Counted from the first letter of the stretch, positions 13,650 through 26,856 are shown. The stretch: 64,000 bases of DNA from Octopus vulgaris (GCA_951406725.2 OX597815.1:64666001-64730000); one strand, 5' to 3'. Numbers and translations: made by a program. The notes: a model not told the origin generated them from the letters alone.

Positions 13650-15246
13650 ACACATACATATATACATATATATATATATCCAGATATATATATATGTATG
13701 TATATATATACATACACACGCCTACAGACATACATAAAACATAAACAGGCATATACATGTACACGGACACACATGTACATATATATATATACATATATAC
13801 ATATTTAATGGCGGTGCATCAGCATGGCGGCAGCTCTGAGCTGAAATAAGAAAAACGAAATATATATAGATAAATAAACATGTATATATACATACACACA
13901 CACAAGTACACATGTAAAATACTCATAATATATACATATCCACCCAAACAGAAAACAAAAAGCTACAAAGTTGCATGCAAAATACACCAAAGAAAAACAT
14001 ATATGAAAACATAGAAATACACTCGTATATGCGTGCATGTTAATGTATCCATACACGAAAACGTGTATACACAGACAAAAACAAGTATAGATACATACAC
14101 ACCTACAAATACTAGTATATACATATGTAGACGAAAACATAAAATATATTAATGCGCAAAAACAAATACATACAAAACATACATACTTACATGCGAATAT
14201 ACATATATACATATATGCCCACATAAGTATACATACACATACATACATGTAAAAAATACACACACATAAATATATACATATGTACATATACATACACATA
14301 CACATATATACATACACACACATATAAAAACACGAGCACAAGTGCATAAACATACCCACACAAGCACGCATACGTACATGCATACACAGAGAATACATAT
14401 ATACACATAACCTAAGAGTGTAATAAGAGCAAATAAGAAAAAGGCAAAGAGGTAATCAGTAAGACTATATAAGGTTAATGAAAAGAAATTTGGACACATG
14501 TTTACAAGACGAGTTCTTTCATTTCTCGAATTTAAGATAGAACCGTTCATTTTCATAATTATATAAGTAAGACTCTTCAAGGCATAAAAGGCACGTTCTA
14601 TTTCTAATCTTATAAGAGGGGGCAGAAGAAATAATATTCCAAGAAATTGAGAAATTTATGTTGCTATACCTTTTTTGGATAAACTAGTACTACTTTCTTT
14701 CCAAGGATCATTAAAAGATGATTTATGATTATTCAAACGTAATTTGAGAGGGGTCTGCGTGCAACCTATATAATGAAACCTAGAGATATCATGTGTTGTA
14801 ATAGTAGATTTATATACATTTTTCATTTTACAATTACCTTTAACCTCACAAGTGTTAGGATTTCTACAGTTGCAATTGTTACTAATATTAGGCGTACTAT
14901 TGTTATGTGTATGTGTGTTGATAGAGGAAGAGTTTGTGTGAGTATGGGAATCGTTGGTAGAAGATACGGAGCTATTTGAATAATTGGGGTTAGTATGTAT
15001 AGTATTAGAGGGGGTTAAATTCTTGTAGTAAAGATTTAGTTTTCTATTGTTAAAGGAACAAATAATCCTAAATAAATTAGACTTCAAATGTTCAGCAAAA
15101 GGAAATATAAACCAAATTATGTTATTATTGTGTTTCTTATTGGTATGGTGGTTTTTTATTTAGATGGGTCACCCATTCGGAAGAAAAGTATAGGTTTCTT
15201 TTTACCTCTCCTATTAACACCATCACTAACAATGCTATTCTTATTA

Positions 15247-15331
<85 letters not shown>

Positions 15332-16329
15332 CATTATTATTATTATTATTAATAAGAAAATATTGGACATCTTTAGAGTTGATTATGTAGTTGTGTGGGG
15401 GATTTAGAGTTTGTAAATAAATAAGAGAAAATTATTTTGTGAAAAGACTTTGTTTCGTGTTATTATTTTCGGCTATGTTAATGTTTTTCTCGTAATGACT
15501 GTCAGTGGCATTATAATTGTTTATCTTATTAAAAATATAGGTATTGGTAGAAATCTGGTTAGTAAAAGTTTTGTTATTTGGTTGATAGTTGTTAATTTTT
15601 TTTCCCTTTTATGATGGGATCATCTTTACAAATATACTTCATAAAGTTAAGTTGTGTGCCAGGGCGTTCCAATTCATGATGGTGTTTAGAAATTGTGGTG
15701 TGTTTATTGGAATTTATATCCATATAGCTGTTGTTATGGTTGGAAAAAAATCATTATTAAATTTATTGTACTTAATTTGATATTTACAACCAGCATTTCT
15801 AAGAGCCAGATTGTAATAGTCTTTATGCTTCATTCGAGGATAATGAGTTAATTCTGTTTTCCATGTCATAAGGTATGTTATCAAGAATATTAGAAGGATG
15901 ATTGCTCTGCGCATGTATATAAGTGATATTGCTATTAGGTTTATGGTATGGTTGGTAAGCTGAAGTAGTGAGGTTAAAATTTGTATCTAAGAAGTTCACA
16001 GAAGTGTGATCCTGCTCAGTGGTGATGGTAAGTTCATGGCTTTTGAAAAAATGATTTAATCTCTTCTGATATATTTCGATTTTACGGTTGGAGGCATTTC
16101 GAACAACAAACAAAGCATCATCCCTATAGAGACCACCTTCAAATTCTGGGAGTACTTTATGGAGTAGTTGTAGTAAATAAATCCCGACTAAGTCTGTGAC
16201 TTCGGCTGAATCTTCCGCGTCCATTGGTATATCAAAGCAATCTGGTGTGTCCTTTCTAGTCTAAAATTTTCCTTGGTGATGAATTATGGTCTTCCTCGCC
16301 TCAAGTATAACTTTTCATCGGTATTCCTC

Positions 16330-16426
16330 ACACTGATCAAAATGACAATGCATAAATTTAATTATAATTACTATGGTTATAGTTGTTTCTTACATATTTG
16401 TATTGTCCTTTGAAACGCGCGTATGT
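16330..16426 (+). ncRNA. HHR in the inverted PLE repeat (G8C core mutation)
   Basis: aca-CTGATCA (16333-16339)-aaatgacaat...attgtccttt-GAAAC-GCGC-GTA (16412-16423)-tgt. Confidence 0.65.
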
Positions 16427-16999
16427 ATTGAATCCTACTTTGTATTAAATTTAATTTTGATTCAGCATCTTTTCTCCTCCATTTTTCTATAATTGTTTAT
16501 GGTATTTTTATACCTATAACGATATTTTTCAACTATGCATATATGTATGTATATACGTATGTATGTAAGTATGTATGTATTTTTGCATGTATGTATGTGA
16601 ATGTACGTTGCTCTGTATGTATGTAATACCAGATCAATCGAGATTATTAGATAAAATATACTGGTCACCTGTTGAAGAGGAAATTCCTCTCTCGGCAATT
16701 TTACGCCATGAAACAAGACTTATGCATTGTCTTTCGAGGACCACTCTCTGATCTTAAAGAAATCGGTGTACAAATATTTAAATTGTAATTTAGAAAATTA
16801 AAGCTCTAAGTTAGGCCTGGGATGAAAGATGGATATATATTTCATCCAGCATTTGTACAGAGAGGGGTCACTTTTCACAAAGACTGTAGATATGCAAACA
16901 CGGGCCATGAGAGAGGCTCCGTTTCATTTTGTCTTCAAGATTTCGTGACTTTTGACACACTCCATATATTTTTATACAATATTTCCCTAACAAAGCTTG

Positions 17000-17440
17000 A
17001 GGCTACTGTAGCGCAAGAAAATACAAAGAAGGGAACGAAGGGGTATACAAATTCAAGAGTTGCCGATTGACAAAAAGCTTAAAGGACGGAATATCATAGA
17101 CCGGAGGAAAATGAGATGATGGTAATGAGTTCCAAGGATCAGTAGTTCGAAGAAAGAAGTTATTAGCATATAAAAAAAAACTTATGACTAACAGGAAGCT
17201 CAACAGAGAAATGATTCGCCTGGGAAGAGAAGCGCGTGACAAGTTTAAAGCTCTTAACATATGGTTCCAGAATAGAAAGTTCATCAAAACAATGACTATA
17301 GAAATGCTTATTAAAAAAGGGCACAACGAAGATACATTTCGACGATGAGCCAAATACGCCAATCTTATAGGAAGAAGAGGGGTCACCATGTCAACAGCTA
17401 GCTTCTGAATTCTACCAAGCAAGTTAAGACAGTTTTACCA
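17000..17440 (-). mobile_element. CR1/Zenon-type LINE 3' fragment
   Basis: ORF 17003-17422: LAHRRNVSSL, FFLRTTDPWNSLP..FP..YD..SFK..VNR. Confidence 0.7.
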
Positions 17441-19373
17441 ATATTTATCTATTTTATTTATCTATATGTTTGTTTATTTTGTGTACCACTGTCATCAATT
17501 CATTATCAATACATCCTACTATCAAGATATTTTGGATTTGTCCAGTTTCTTTATTTTGTTCATTACAAATTTACTTAAATGTCGACTACTATTTCTGAGA
17601 CTACTGAAGCAAAATATATTTTTATCGATTAATTTTTTGTTGGTGGTGGGGGGATGTATTTAAATTTCTAACGTGTTTTATAAAATTGTTGAACTTTACT
17701 AGGTCATAGGCTAGGAGAGCTACAGGTTATCTTTTTTTTAAAAAAAAGACAGAAAACGGATATCATTTACACGAAAAACGAAATGTGAAATGCGATGTCG
17801 TTTACATAAAAAAAATAGCGCAACAGAAACACTTATAGGGTATCAAAATATCTTTCAACTATTAATGGCTGGACTAGTTAACAGTATAAACTGTCGTCAG
17901 AAACTGATGCCATATATAGAAAGAGAGGAAAATGTCAATTCGCTTTCATCTGCTAACATTGATTGATATGTAGTTATTTTTTCTCTCCTGATTAAAGTAT
18001 GTTTGGAATGTGGTTCGAGATTAGTATATGATACGTCTTTATCGCTGGCATCGTCGGTGTTGGAGTCATCACCACCGACGGCATCGTTGTCGGCGTCGTC
18101 GCCATCGTCACCATTGTCGTCTTCGTTGAGGTCGTGATTGTTCATACTGTCATTGTTGCTGTAGATGATGTCTTTGCTTGTCCTATGGTCAACCCCGATC
18201 AAGAAAGCATTCCAAGAAGCATTCCAGCCGTGACCAACTCTTCTTTTAGGAGGGTATGTATCAATAGTACTACATTACCTGATGTGCCCTTCTTTAAGAC
18301 AATAAGATAACTCAATAAATTCCTACTAGGTTTGGGGGTCACATAGTGTTTCCCTCACTACTTCGTTTATTCAAATTCATCTAATTCTAATTTTTACGGC
18401 CCTCACAGAATAATTTCTTCTGCTTCAATATTTTTTAGCAGATAAATAAGATCAAATAAACCACTTCCACTATTTTAAAGGAAAGTGTTCTAGGCCCCAT
18501 GGGAGGATGGCAAAATAATTTAATCACTAGTGAGATTGTAAAGAGGCTCAGCTCTCAGAAATAGCAGTAAAGTCTCCTGATAACACACAGTACTGTCTTC
18601 AAACGTGTATGGACACACTGAATGATTTAGTCCTAAATATATTATGACGGAAAATAACCTGAGGTAGTCGTGGATGGAACCCAGTAAATTATGGTTCTGT
18701 ATGATCAGGGTAGACTTGGGATTAAACAAGAACAACAAAGACATCGCTGATGTTAGGATTTAAAATATTGATTCCTAAATTGCTACTAGTTTTGAGAAGG
18801 GCGGCACGAACCGATTAAACGGACCTCAAGACTTGATGTGGAATTACTTTATCGACTTTCAGGCAAAGAGAGACAAGGTTGAGATTTGAACTCAGAACAT
18901 AAATAGAGGTAATTGAATACCTCAAGGCATTTTCTCTAGTCCACTACTGATTGTGTTATTCAGCATTTTCTGACTGAAGATTTGGAACCCAAATGGTGGA
19001 CATTGAAACCCGTAGCGTTGTGACGATAAGGTCGGATAGACATCTTAGAAATGTCGATATATCATAGACATTAAACATTTATTATTTTACAACCTAATCA
19101 ATAGAGGGAAACTCATTAGTAAACTCGAGGGGATTAAAATTAGATAAATCATATCTTTGTCTCCAAAAGTGTATATGCGCGCGCGTGTGTGTATATATGT
19201 GTGTGTGCGCGCGTATGTGCGTATGCATGTATGTTTATAAAATCAAGAGTTGACAGTCTACTCAGAGTTTCGCCCCTGGCTAGGATGTTCATTTAAAGCA
19301 TGACTTCTAGTTGACCTCATCGTCAAGCCAGTAAGATAATGTATAATATATATATATATATATATATATTATA

Positions 19374-19757
19374 GGCGCAGGAGTGGCTGTGTGGTAAGTA
19401 GCTTGCTTAGCAACCACATGGTTCCGGGTTCAGTCCCACTGCGTGGCACCTTGGGCCGATCAAAGCCTTGTTAGTGGATTTGGTAGACGGAAACTGAAAG
19501 AAGCCCGTCGTATATATGTATATATATATATGTGTGTGTGCGTGTATGTTTGTGTGTCTGTGCTTGTCACCCTAGCATTGCTTGACAACCGATGCTGGTG
19601 TGTTTATGTCTCCGTTACCTAGCGGTTCGGCAAAAGACAGCGATAGAATAAGTACTGGGCTTACAAAGAATAAGTCCCAGGGTCGAGTTGCTCGATTAAA
19701 GGCGGTGCTCCAGCATGGCCGCAGTCAAATGACTGAAACAAGTAAAAGATAAAGAGT
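19374..19757 (+). mobile_element. tRNA-derived SINE family A
   Basis: Same head, body and tail as 4226-4620. Confidence 0.9.
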
Positions 19758-19779
19758 ATATATATATATGTATGTATGA

Positions 19780-22300
19780 TTGAGACCCTTTCAACTGTAA
19801 CAATTAAATAATTAAATTCAGAAAAAGAATATTTGTATAGTGTTCAAATATGAGTGTTATTTTCCTTGTTTCTACCTTTCTCTGTCTCTCTTGTTTACTC
19901 TTGTGGGTTCGAGGTCGTTGTGAATTCTTGGTAGGGAAGAAGAAGAAGAAGAAGAAGAAGAAGAAGAAGAAGAAGAAGAAGAAGAAGAAGAAGAAGAAGA
20001 AGAAGAAGAAGAAGAAGATGATGATGATGATGAGTGAAAGTAGTGAGGTGTTGGATGACTTAAAGTTGGCACGTTATGGATTATAGCAGTGATTGGGCCT
20101 GATTTTTAATGGATTCTTAGGAATGTAATATTTGCGTGTGTATTTGTGTTATTCTAAGGCCGAGGTGGATATATCGTTTGTCGTAGACGCGTTCAGAAGG
20201 GGCCTGTATCTCTCTATATATAAACGGCAGTTTGTCTGTCTGCGTGTCTGTCAGGTTGTACCCTTACCCTGACCACGGCTTTCAACCGATTCTGATGAAA
20301 CTTGACACACACATAGCCCAATGTCATAATTCAAAACTAACGGAGCGAAAATTTTGAAAAGTTCCCCCAGTTCTGAAAAAAATTGATAAATTCGACATGG
20401 GGTCGAGAATCTAAGCTTTTTATATGCAACACATTTTCTGTTGTAATTTTCGCAACTTGCAATCGATTTTCACCAAACTCATGGGGAAGCTTAATGTTAC
20501 CCTAAGAAACTTGATTCTGGCGTTAGTTTTCCATGCAATACCTTACCATCAGAAAAAATCGATAAAATCATGCCATTTTGGGAAATCGCGTTCAAATTCA
20601 AGATGACATATTTTCGACAATATCTTTCACAAATTGGCAGGAATTTCTTTTAAAATTCACAGCGAGCATCATGTCTGCTTCAAGGAGCTATATGGCCCTT
20701 TTTATTCCAATAGGATACTTTATTACTGGAAAAAATAGGTTAATTAAATCATATGTGGCACACATAGCAAACCGATTTGTGTATTAAACACAAACCACAG
20801 ACTGTCTAGGGGACGCAACTCGACCTTTTTAACTCTCTGGTTCCACCTAAACAGTGCAACGGAACACGTCTAGTTGTGAAACATTTGGCACCACATTTAA
20901 TAACGGCCACAATACTTACCGGTTGTGGGAAGGAAGAGGACGTCTTCATTCCACGTATGCACCTTCAACTGTCGGGCGCTGACCTACCAATCCACTTCAG
21001 GCGTTCTCAGTTTCCTGTTAAACTCTGCTTCGCAATGTCCATCAATAAATCCCAAGGCCAAACGCTACAAGTCGCTGGGTTACATTTCGGTGAACAGTGC
21101 TTCGCCCACGGTCAACTCTACGTGGGCTGTTCACGCGTTTGGAGGCGCAATGATGTTTTCATGTTTTCGCCCAAAGGGACAGCTAGGAACATCGTATACA
21201 CAGAAGTATTCGAGTGAAGAGAAAACATTGCAGCCTACACATGCGCCTTCGTTCCCTAGAGGGAAAGGACTAGATTGGGATTAGTCGTTGCCTACTAGGG
21301 GCTCTTACATACCCGGGCAACGCCGGGCTATGCTGCTAGTTTTGTAATAAAGAGAGTTTCTTTACTAATTCGTTGGCTCCAGGTTGTATCGTCCCTGAAT
21401 TGGTAGAGGGGAAAAATCCTGAAGCTTGGAGTTTTGTGGTTGGCGTAAATATCTATGGGTTGGCTGAATGCTATTTTTCTGTTTTGGGGAATTTTTATCT
21501 GGGATCTGTGCAGGGCCATTCTTTTACGTAAACTAATTTTTGTTTGGCCTATGTATTGCTCTTGACACCCAGAGCAGGTTAGCGTGTATATCAGATTCTC
21601 CGAAGCACATGTGAAGTTGCTTTTCACTGTGAAACGTTGTCCCTGTTTGAAGGAGAACTATGATTCCTCAATTAGATAATTGCATATCCTACAATTGGGT
21701 CTTCCACATTTTTTTACTGTCGGCTTCTATGTTGATGAGCGTATTCGAGCTTGTGTTAGGAGAATTTTCATAGATTTTGGCTGTCTCTTGCTTTTTATGA
21801 TCGTGTGTGTTTGGAGGATTAAGTTCATTCTGTGGTCCTTTTTTAGTAGGGGTATGTTTTGGAGGATGGTGTTGAAGGCTTCATTGTTGAGAGGGTTGTG
21901 TGTGGAGATGTATGGTAAGGCTTTTGGTCGTAATTTTTTCTTTAATTTGGGATGTCTGAGTTCCTGGATGTTGAGTTGAAGGGCACGTTGAATTCATATG
22001 TCAATTAGTGAAGGTGGGTAGTTCCTGGTGATGAGGGTATCTTCTAGTTTATGTAGTCGTGTGTCTCTGGTGTTTGCATTAGAAGCTATAGTACAAATCC
22101 TTTTTGCTAGATTGAAGGGGATATTCATTCTGGTGTGTCTGGAGTGGCATGAATTGAATGGTAGATATTGCTTGGAATATAGGCTTATAGTATATATATG
22201 CTTCTATTACATTATTAGATTTCTTAATGAGGATGTCGAGGAAGGGGAGTTGTTGCTGGCTATATTCCATCGTGAATTCGATGTTTACGTCCAGTCCATT
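19780..22300 (-). mobile_element. Penelope-like element (RT end, GIY-YIG, 3' UTR) interrupted by a Helitron
   Basis: LPFLDILI (ORF 22079-22270) and NLIYTLTCSGCQEQYIGQT (ORF 21328-21627). The ORF resumes in frame below 20208 (ETLFITK|YRPLLN). Confidence 0.85.
20209..21339 (+). mobile_element. Non-autonomous Helitron with a PIF1 helicase C-terminal remnant
   Basis: 5' TC preceded by A. ORF 20876-21217 QFPVKLCFAMSINKSQGQTL..HGQLYVGCSRV. 3' hairpin CCCGGGCAACGCCGGG (21312-21327) and terminal CTAG (21336-21339) followed by T. No TSD. Confidence 0.92.
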
Positions 22301-22367
22301 TAAAATTGAGCACCGCCAGCAATTTTTTTCCTCTGTCTTCCCTTCTCGGGATCTTTCCTTCTTCTTT

Positions 22368-22402
22368 GTTTCCGACGAAGAGCTCTGCTCGAAACGTTAA
22401 AC
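22368..22402 (+). ncRNA. Ultra-minimal HHR-like motif in an inverted PLE terminal repeat (22300-22503)
   Basis: gttt-CCGACGA-a-GAGC-tct-GCTC-GAAAC-GTT-aaac. Helix III exists only as the palindrome AACGUU. Confidence 0.6.
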
Positions 22403-22498
22403 CCTCCTTCTTCCCTTCTTTCCTGAGCGTCCAATAATACTTTACTTATTCCACGTCCTCGCGTTGCTGTGTTTTTTTGTGTGTTTTCTTGTTTGGAT

Positions 22499-22539
<41 letters not shown>

Positions 22540-22540
<1 letters not shown>

Positions 22541-22682
22541 GATATGTAGAAAAATACAGACTGAGACAAGAACGCATAAAAACTTAGAAGACGATACAAC
22601 AAACACAGACAGGACATTCGAAGCCCTCAGTCTTCAGTCAAGAACCGGATCATCGTAGTAATTTCGGCTGATTAATCTTGAT
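22540..22682 (-). mobile_element. Probable PLE terminal-repeat fragment between (TA)n tracts
   Basis: Short non-repetitive island in TA repeats with CTGAAGA on the minus strand. No complete HHR seen. Confidence 0.4.
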
Positions 22683-22721
22683 ACACATATATATATATAC
22701 ATATTACTATATATATATATA

Positions 22722-22797
<76 letters not shown>

Positions 22798-22986
22798 ATA
22801 AATATTAGGGAATAAATCCAAATTTACAGGGAAAAATCAGATTTAGGATTGAATCCAATTTTATAGTAAAATATTATATTATATTAAATTAGAAACAAAA
22901 CCACTATTATGCAAATCAAACAAAGAAAGACTTAAGCCAATATATAAAATAATTTTTAGAAATTTAGAAATTTAACAATTATAAAT

Positions 22987-23047
22987 AACCACTACGATCG
23001 TTTCATGTCTTATTTCAGCACATCTTTGAGACATTCTTCAGGTGGTT
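22987..23047 (-). ncRNA. Type I hammerhead ribozyme
   Basis: aaccac-CTGAAGA-atgtct...agacat-GAAAC-GATC-GTA-gtggtt. Helices I and II are 6 bp each. Confidence 0.9.
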
Positions 23048-23099
23048 TCAAAACCTTCTTGGCGAGTTCATAGTTTAAAACTCGCCAAGAAGGTTTTGA

Positions 23100-23160
23100 A
23101 ACCACCTGAAGAATATCTCAAAGATGTGCTGAAATAAGATATGAAACGATCGTAGTGGTT
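23100..23160 (+). ncRNA. Type I hammerhead ribozyme
   Basis: aaccac-CTGAAGA (23106-23112)-atatct...agatat-GAAAC (23143-23147)-GATC-GTA (23152-23154)-gtggtt. Confidence 0.92.
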
Positions 23161-23262
23161 ATTTATAATTGTTAAATTTCTAAATTTATATAAATTATTT
23201 TATGTATTGGCTTAAGTCTTTCTTTGTTTGATTTGTATAATAGTGGTTTTGTCTCTCATTTA

Positions 23263-23324
<62 letters not shown>

Positions 23325-23367
23325 CACACATACACACATATATATATATACGCATACATATATATAT

Positions 23368-23743
23368 AGGCACATGTACAGCTATGCGGTTAAGAAACTC
23401 GCTTCCCAACCACGTTCTCTTGCGTTCAGTCCCACTGGGCGTCAACTAGGGCAAGTGTTTTCTACTATAAACCTGGACCGACCAAAGCATCGTGAGTGGA
23501 TTTGGTGGATTTGGTAGACGGCAACTAAAAGAATCCTGTTGTACACATGTGTGTATGTGCGCGCGCGTATGCGTTTGTGTTTGTCCCCCATCAAGTAACT
23601 TTGCTGATTAGCAAAAGCGCTCGGCAGAATAAGTATCAGACTTGAAAATAAGTACTAAAGTCGATTAGTTCGACTGAAACCTTTCAAAGCGGTGCCCCAG
23701 AATCGCCACAATCAAATGATCGAAACAAGACGCAAAATATAAA

Positions 23744-23745
<2 letters not shown>
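23368..23745 (+). mobile_element. Diverged SINE family A
   Basis: Head GCGGTTAAGAAACTCGCTTCCCAACCAC, body GGATTTGGTAGACGG, tail GCGGTGCCCCAG...GAAACAAG. Confidence 0.75.
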
Positions 23746-23809
<64 letters not shown>

Positions 23810-23821
23810 CAACAACAACAA

Positions 23822-24357
23822 TAAATGCCTTGATGCAGTACCAAACTGGTTCTCGTGGCTTCTGATCTTAACTAATTGGAAGTGTTATCATGTACATTGT
23901 TTTGTCTTAGTATAAAAGATGGGCTACAGCAAATATTCTGGCTTGTTAGTTGTTTGACCATAACCAGTTGACCATGTCCCCTAGTGGCTGACGATATGTG
24001 CATCTCTGATCATGAGCAGAAGTAGTGGGGGGTATCATAGCCGTGTGTTGAAAAGAATTCTTAGAGGTTTGGATAATTCACCTTTGGAAGCATGGGTGGT
24101 TCGTTCAACATCCTTAAACGAATCTTATTCAAGGACCTTTTGAGCAGGGTGGGCTGCTCGACCAGGAGAAGATTTTAACTGGGTCCCACCTGCAAGGTCA
24201 TGCGCTGTTTATCTTGATATGAGGTCACCATGTCATGCACATATTGTTTTAGGCATGGTGTACCCTTATCAGACAGGTTGTCATGATGGGTATACTGGGC
24301 TTCGTATATGTTACCCCAGTGTCATTTTGATTGCATATACTGCTCTCTCACTCAATA
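23822..24357 (+). mobile_element. Non-coding interspersed repeat inserted in (AAT)n
   Basis: Flanked by long (AAT)n on both sides. A partial inverted homolog lies at ~34340-34620. Confidence 0.65.
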
Positions 24358-24360
24358 ATG

Positions 24361-24449
<89 letters not shown>

Positions 24450-24451
24450 CT

Positions 24452-24621
24452 TTTCGCTTATAGGCACAAAGTCTATAGATAACTGGTACTTAATTTATCG
24501 ACCCCGAAAGGATGAAAGGCAAAGTCGATCACGACAGAATTTGAACCCAGAGCGTACAGACAGACGAAATGCCGCAAAGCATTTTGCTCGGCATTCTAAC
24601 AATTCTGCCAGCACGCCGCTT
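24452..24621 (-). mobile_element. SINE family B (GGCGGCGAGCTGGCAGAA head)
   Basis: Reverse complement is similar to 52443-52640 and 55117-55275. Confidence 0.7.
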
Positions 24622-24679
24622 TAATAATAATGATAACAATAATAATAATGAGGATAATGATGATCAGAGGGCTCCAGGT

Positions 24680-26340
24680 ACTCCTGCTATGTGGATGATA
24701 TCAACAATGTGGCATAAGCACCCCTACAAGACAGTGTCTATGAACAAGAAGCTAGCACCATGGAGAGCATGCAGCAAATAGCTAACTCCATCCACCAGAG
24801 TATTAAAGCAACAGTACATTACCCTAACAAGCACCCTAACTATAGGCTACTGGTCTTAGACACAGAAATCTGGCTGGAAACTAAGAAAAATATGGTCCAG
24901 ATCCTCTATTCCCACTATATCAAACCTATGGCCAATAAATACCTGATCCACAAGAACGCAGCTATTACGCACAACACCAATTTCAAAATTCTAAAAGCGG
25001 ACTTGGTAAGAGTGATGAGGAATGTTTCCCGCGTATACGACCCAACAAAATTAGAAAGACACATACAACACTACATTCACTACATGCAATAGTCTGGTTA
25101 CAGCCAAAGGGACAGGATTAGAGTGTACAAAGGACTCAGGGCTAAATGCAAGGCAGTCATATAATGCAACTGGGATCAGCCCGTCCTAGAGGAGTAAATC
25201 CTAGAATAGCATAGAAAGGACCAAGAACATATATAAGACCAACTTATGGTATAACAACCAAAAATACCAGAGTATCGTGATAGGTGATGCTACCCATGAC
25301 GGTGAACTAGCATACCTTTTGAAAAAACATTAGATTAGGCAAATCCACGGTAGTAGAAAGTTCAGGAACCACCATAAAATCCCTGTAGAATATATCCATT
25401 CAAAAGGCCTCCATGTGCACAGAACAACTGCATAGTGTGTAGGATGAATCCAGAAGTTAACTGTAAGATTAGGAATGTAGTCTATAGCATACGGTGTACT
25501 GAGGAACGGTGCTCAACCAAGATAACAACATACATTGGGAAAGCAATACGTAGCATAGGGGAACTGATATGTGAACACTGGAGAGAGCTCAAAGAAGAGA
25601 AACTCTTGTCAGTGCTCCACCAACATGCTCAGTTAGAACATAGAGGTTCGGTTAATAACATAGATGTTATGGTATTGTCAGCACATAGAACAAACATGAC
25701 ACTTAGATTACAGAGACCACACACAAAGTAGTAGAGAGATGAGCCTCAACAGAAACCTCGAATGGAACAATGACAACCCCGATTACTATACGCAAAATGA
25801 CTACTAAAGAAATAATGAGAAAAAAGAGACATACAAACATACAGTATAATAATAAGCCTATACACACAAATGCACGCGCGCGCGCACAGAAAAGACACAC
25901 ATATACATACTTAAGACGGAATGAGAAAAAACTAGAGAAATAAGTAAACAAATGAAAAAAAAAATAAATGTCACGGGTGCAAACAGTATAGTAAGCAAAC
26001 TCATACGCACGCACACAAACACACACACAAAACATATACAGAACACGGAGACACCCACACACACGCACACACACACACACATACACACTCACACACACGG
26101 ACACACACACATATAAGGATTCAGACTATAGAAAGACAGAATTGACGAAGCTAAATAGGTAACATATGGGACGGAGAGCCGCTGAAGAGGTCACAGGATG
26201 TGTGACAAATGGTTTCAGATAAAATAAGGGCAATATTAAAGCTGAAGTGAAGGACGAATATATAGTACCTGTGTTTATTTGGCAAAAGAAAAATGACCAT
26301 CCAGAAATATAATATCTGTTTCAACACTCGATTTCATATC
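24680..26340 (+). mobile_element. Penelope-like element remnant
   Basis: RT end LLVLDTEIW..YIKPMA (24760-25092) and GIY-YIG NVVYSIRC..TYIGK..EH (25435-25731). Degenerate HHR CTGAAGA-GGTCAC..GTGAC at 26182-26206. Confidence 0.8.
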
Positions 26341-26380
26341 AGGAAACTAGCAAAACAGATATATAAATGTGTGTGTGTGA

Positions 26381-26427
<47 letters not shown>

Positions 26428-26428
26428 C

Positions 26429-26486
<58 letters not shown>

Positions 26487-26490
<4 letters not shown>

Positions 26491-26809
26491 GCACCCCATT
26501 GCTTACGGCGGCGAGTGTTCCAGTTAATTAGATCAACGGAACAGTTTGCTCGTGAGATTAACGTGGATGTGACTGATCACTCCACAGACACGCGTACCCC
26601 TTCACATACTTCTCAGGGAGATTCAGCGTGATACAGAGTGTGACAAAGCTGGCCCCTTGAAATACAAGCACTACACATTTTTGCCAGCTGAGTGGACTGG
26701 AACATCGTGAAGTAAAGTATCTTGCTCAAGAATACAAGGCGCCGCCGGCAATCGAAATCGTGACCCTACGATTGCGAGCTGAATACCCTAACCACTAAGG
26801 CATGTGCCT
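26487..26809 (-). mobile_element. tRNA-derived SINE family C
   Basis: Minus head GGCACATGCCTTAGTGGTTAGGG...GATTTCGATTGCC and conserved CTTGAGCAAGATACTTTA core. Confidence 0.75.
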
Positions 26810-26856
26810 TCACACACACACATACATACGCATGTATGTATGTATGTGTAAGTATG

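Larger units (their letters stand above)
12350..16535 (-). mobile_element. Penelope-like element (RT and GIY-YIG remnants) with 3' terminal repeat and inverted 5' copy
   Basis: RT ORF 15823-16224 (GLYRDD, VNFLD, YHKP..YIHAQSNHP) and GIY-YIG ORF 14656-15087 (NVYK...YIGCT..RLNNHKSSF). 12478-12688 is inverted at 16323-16535. Confidence 0.85.
22795..23271. mobile_element. ORF-less fold-back element with two head-to-head HHRs, inserted in (TA)n
   Basis: Arms ~22876-23068 and 23079-23271 with about 8 mismatches and a 10-nt spacer. (TA)n on both sides. Confidence 0.9.

Noticed and set aside
18974-19016. CTGAAGA...GAAAC-CC-GTA
   Set aside because: Helix I does not form and helix II is not adjacent to GAAA.
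19374-19450. tRNA-like sequences at SINE heads
   Set aside because: They have A/B boxes but no complete cloverleaf, and are parts of SINEs rather than tRNA genes.
20876-21217. PIF1-like helicase ORF as a host gene
   Set aside because: Only the C-terminal motifs are present, and it is enclosed by Helitron termini.
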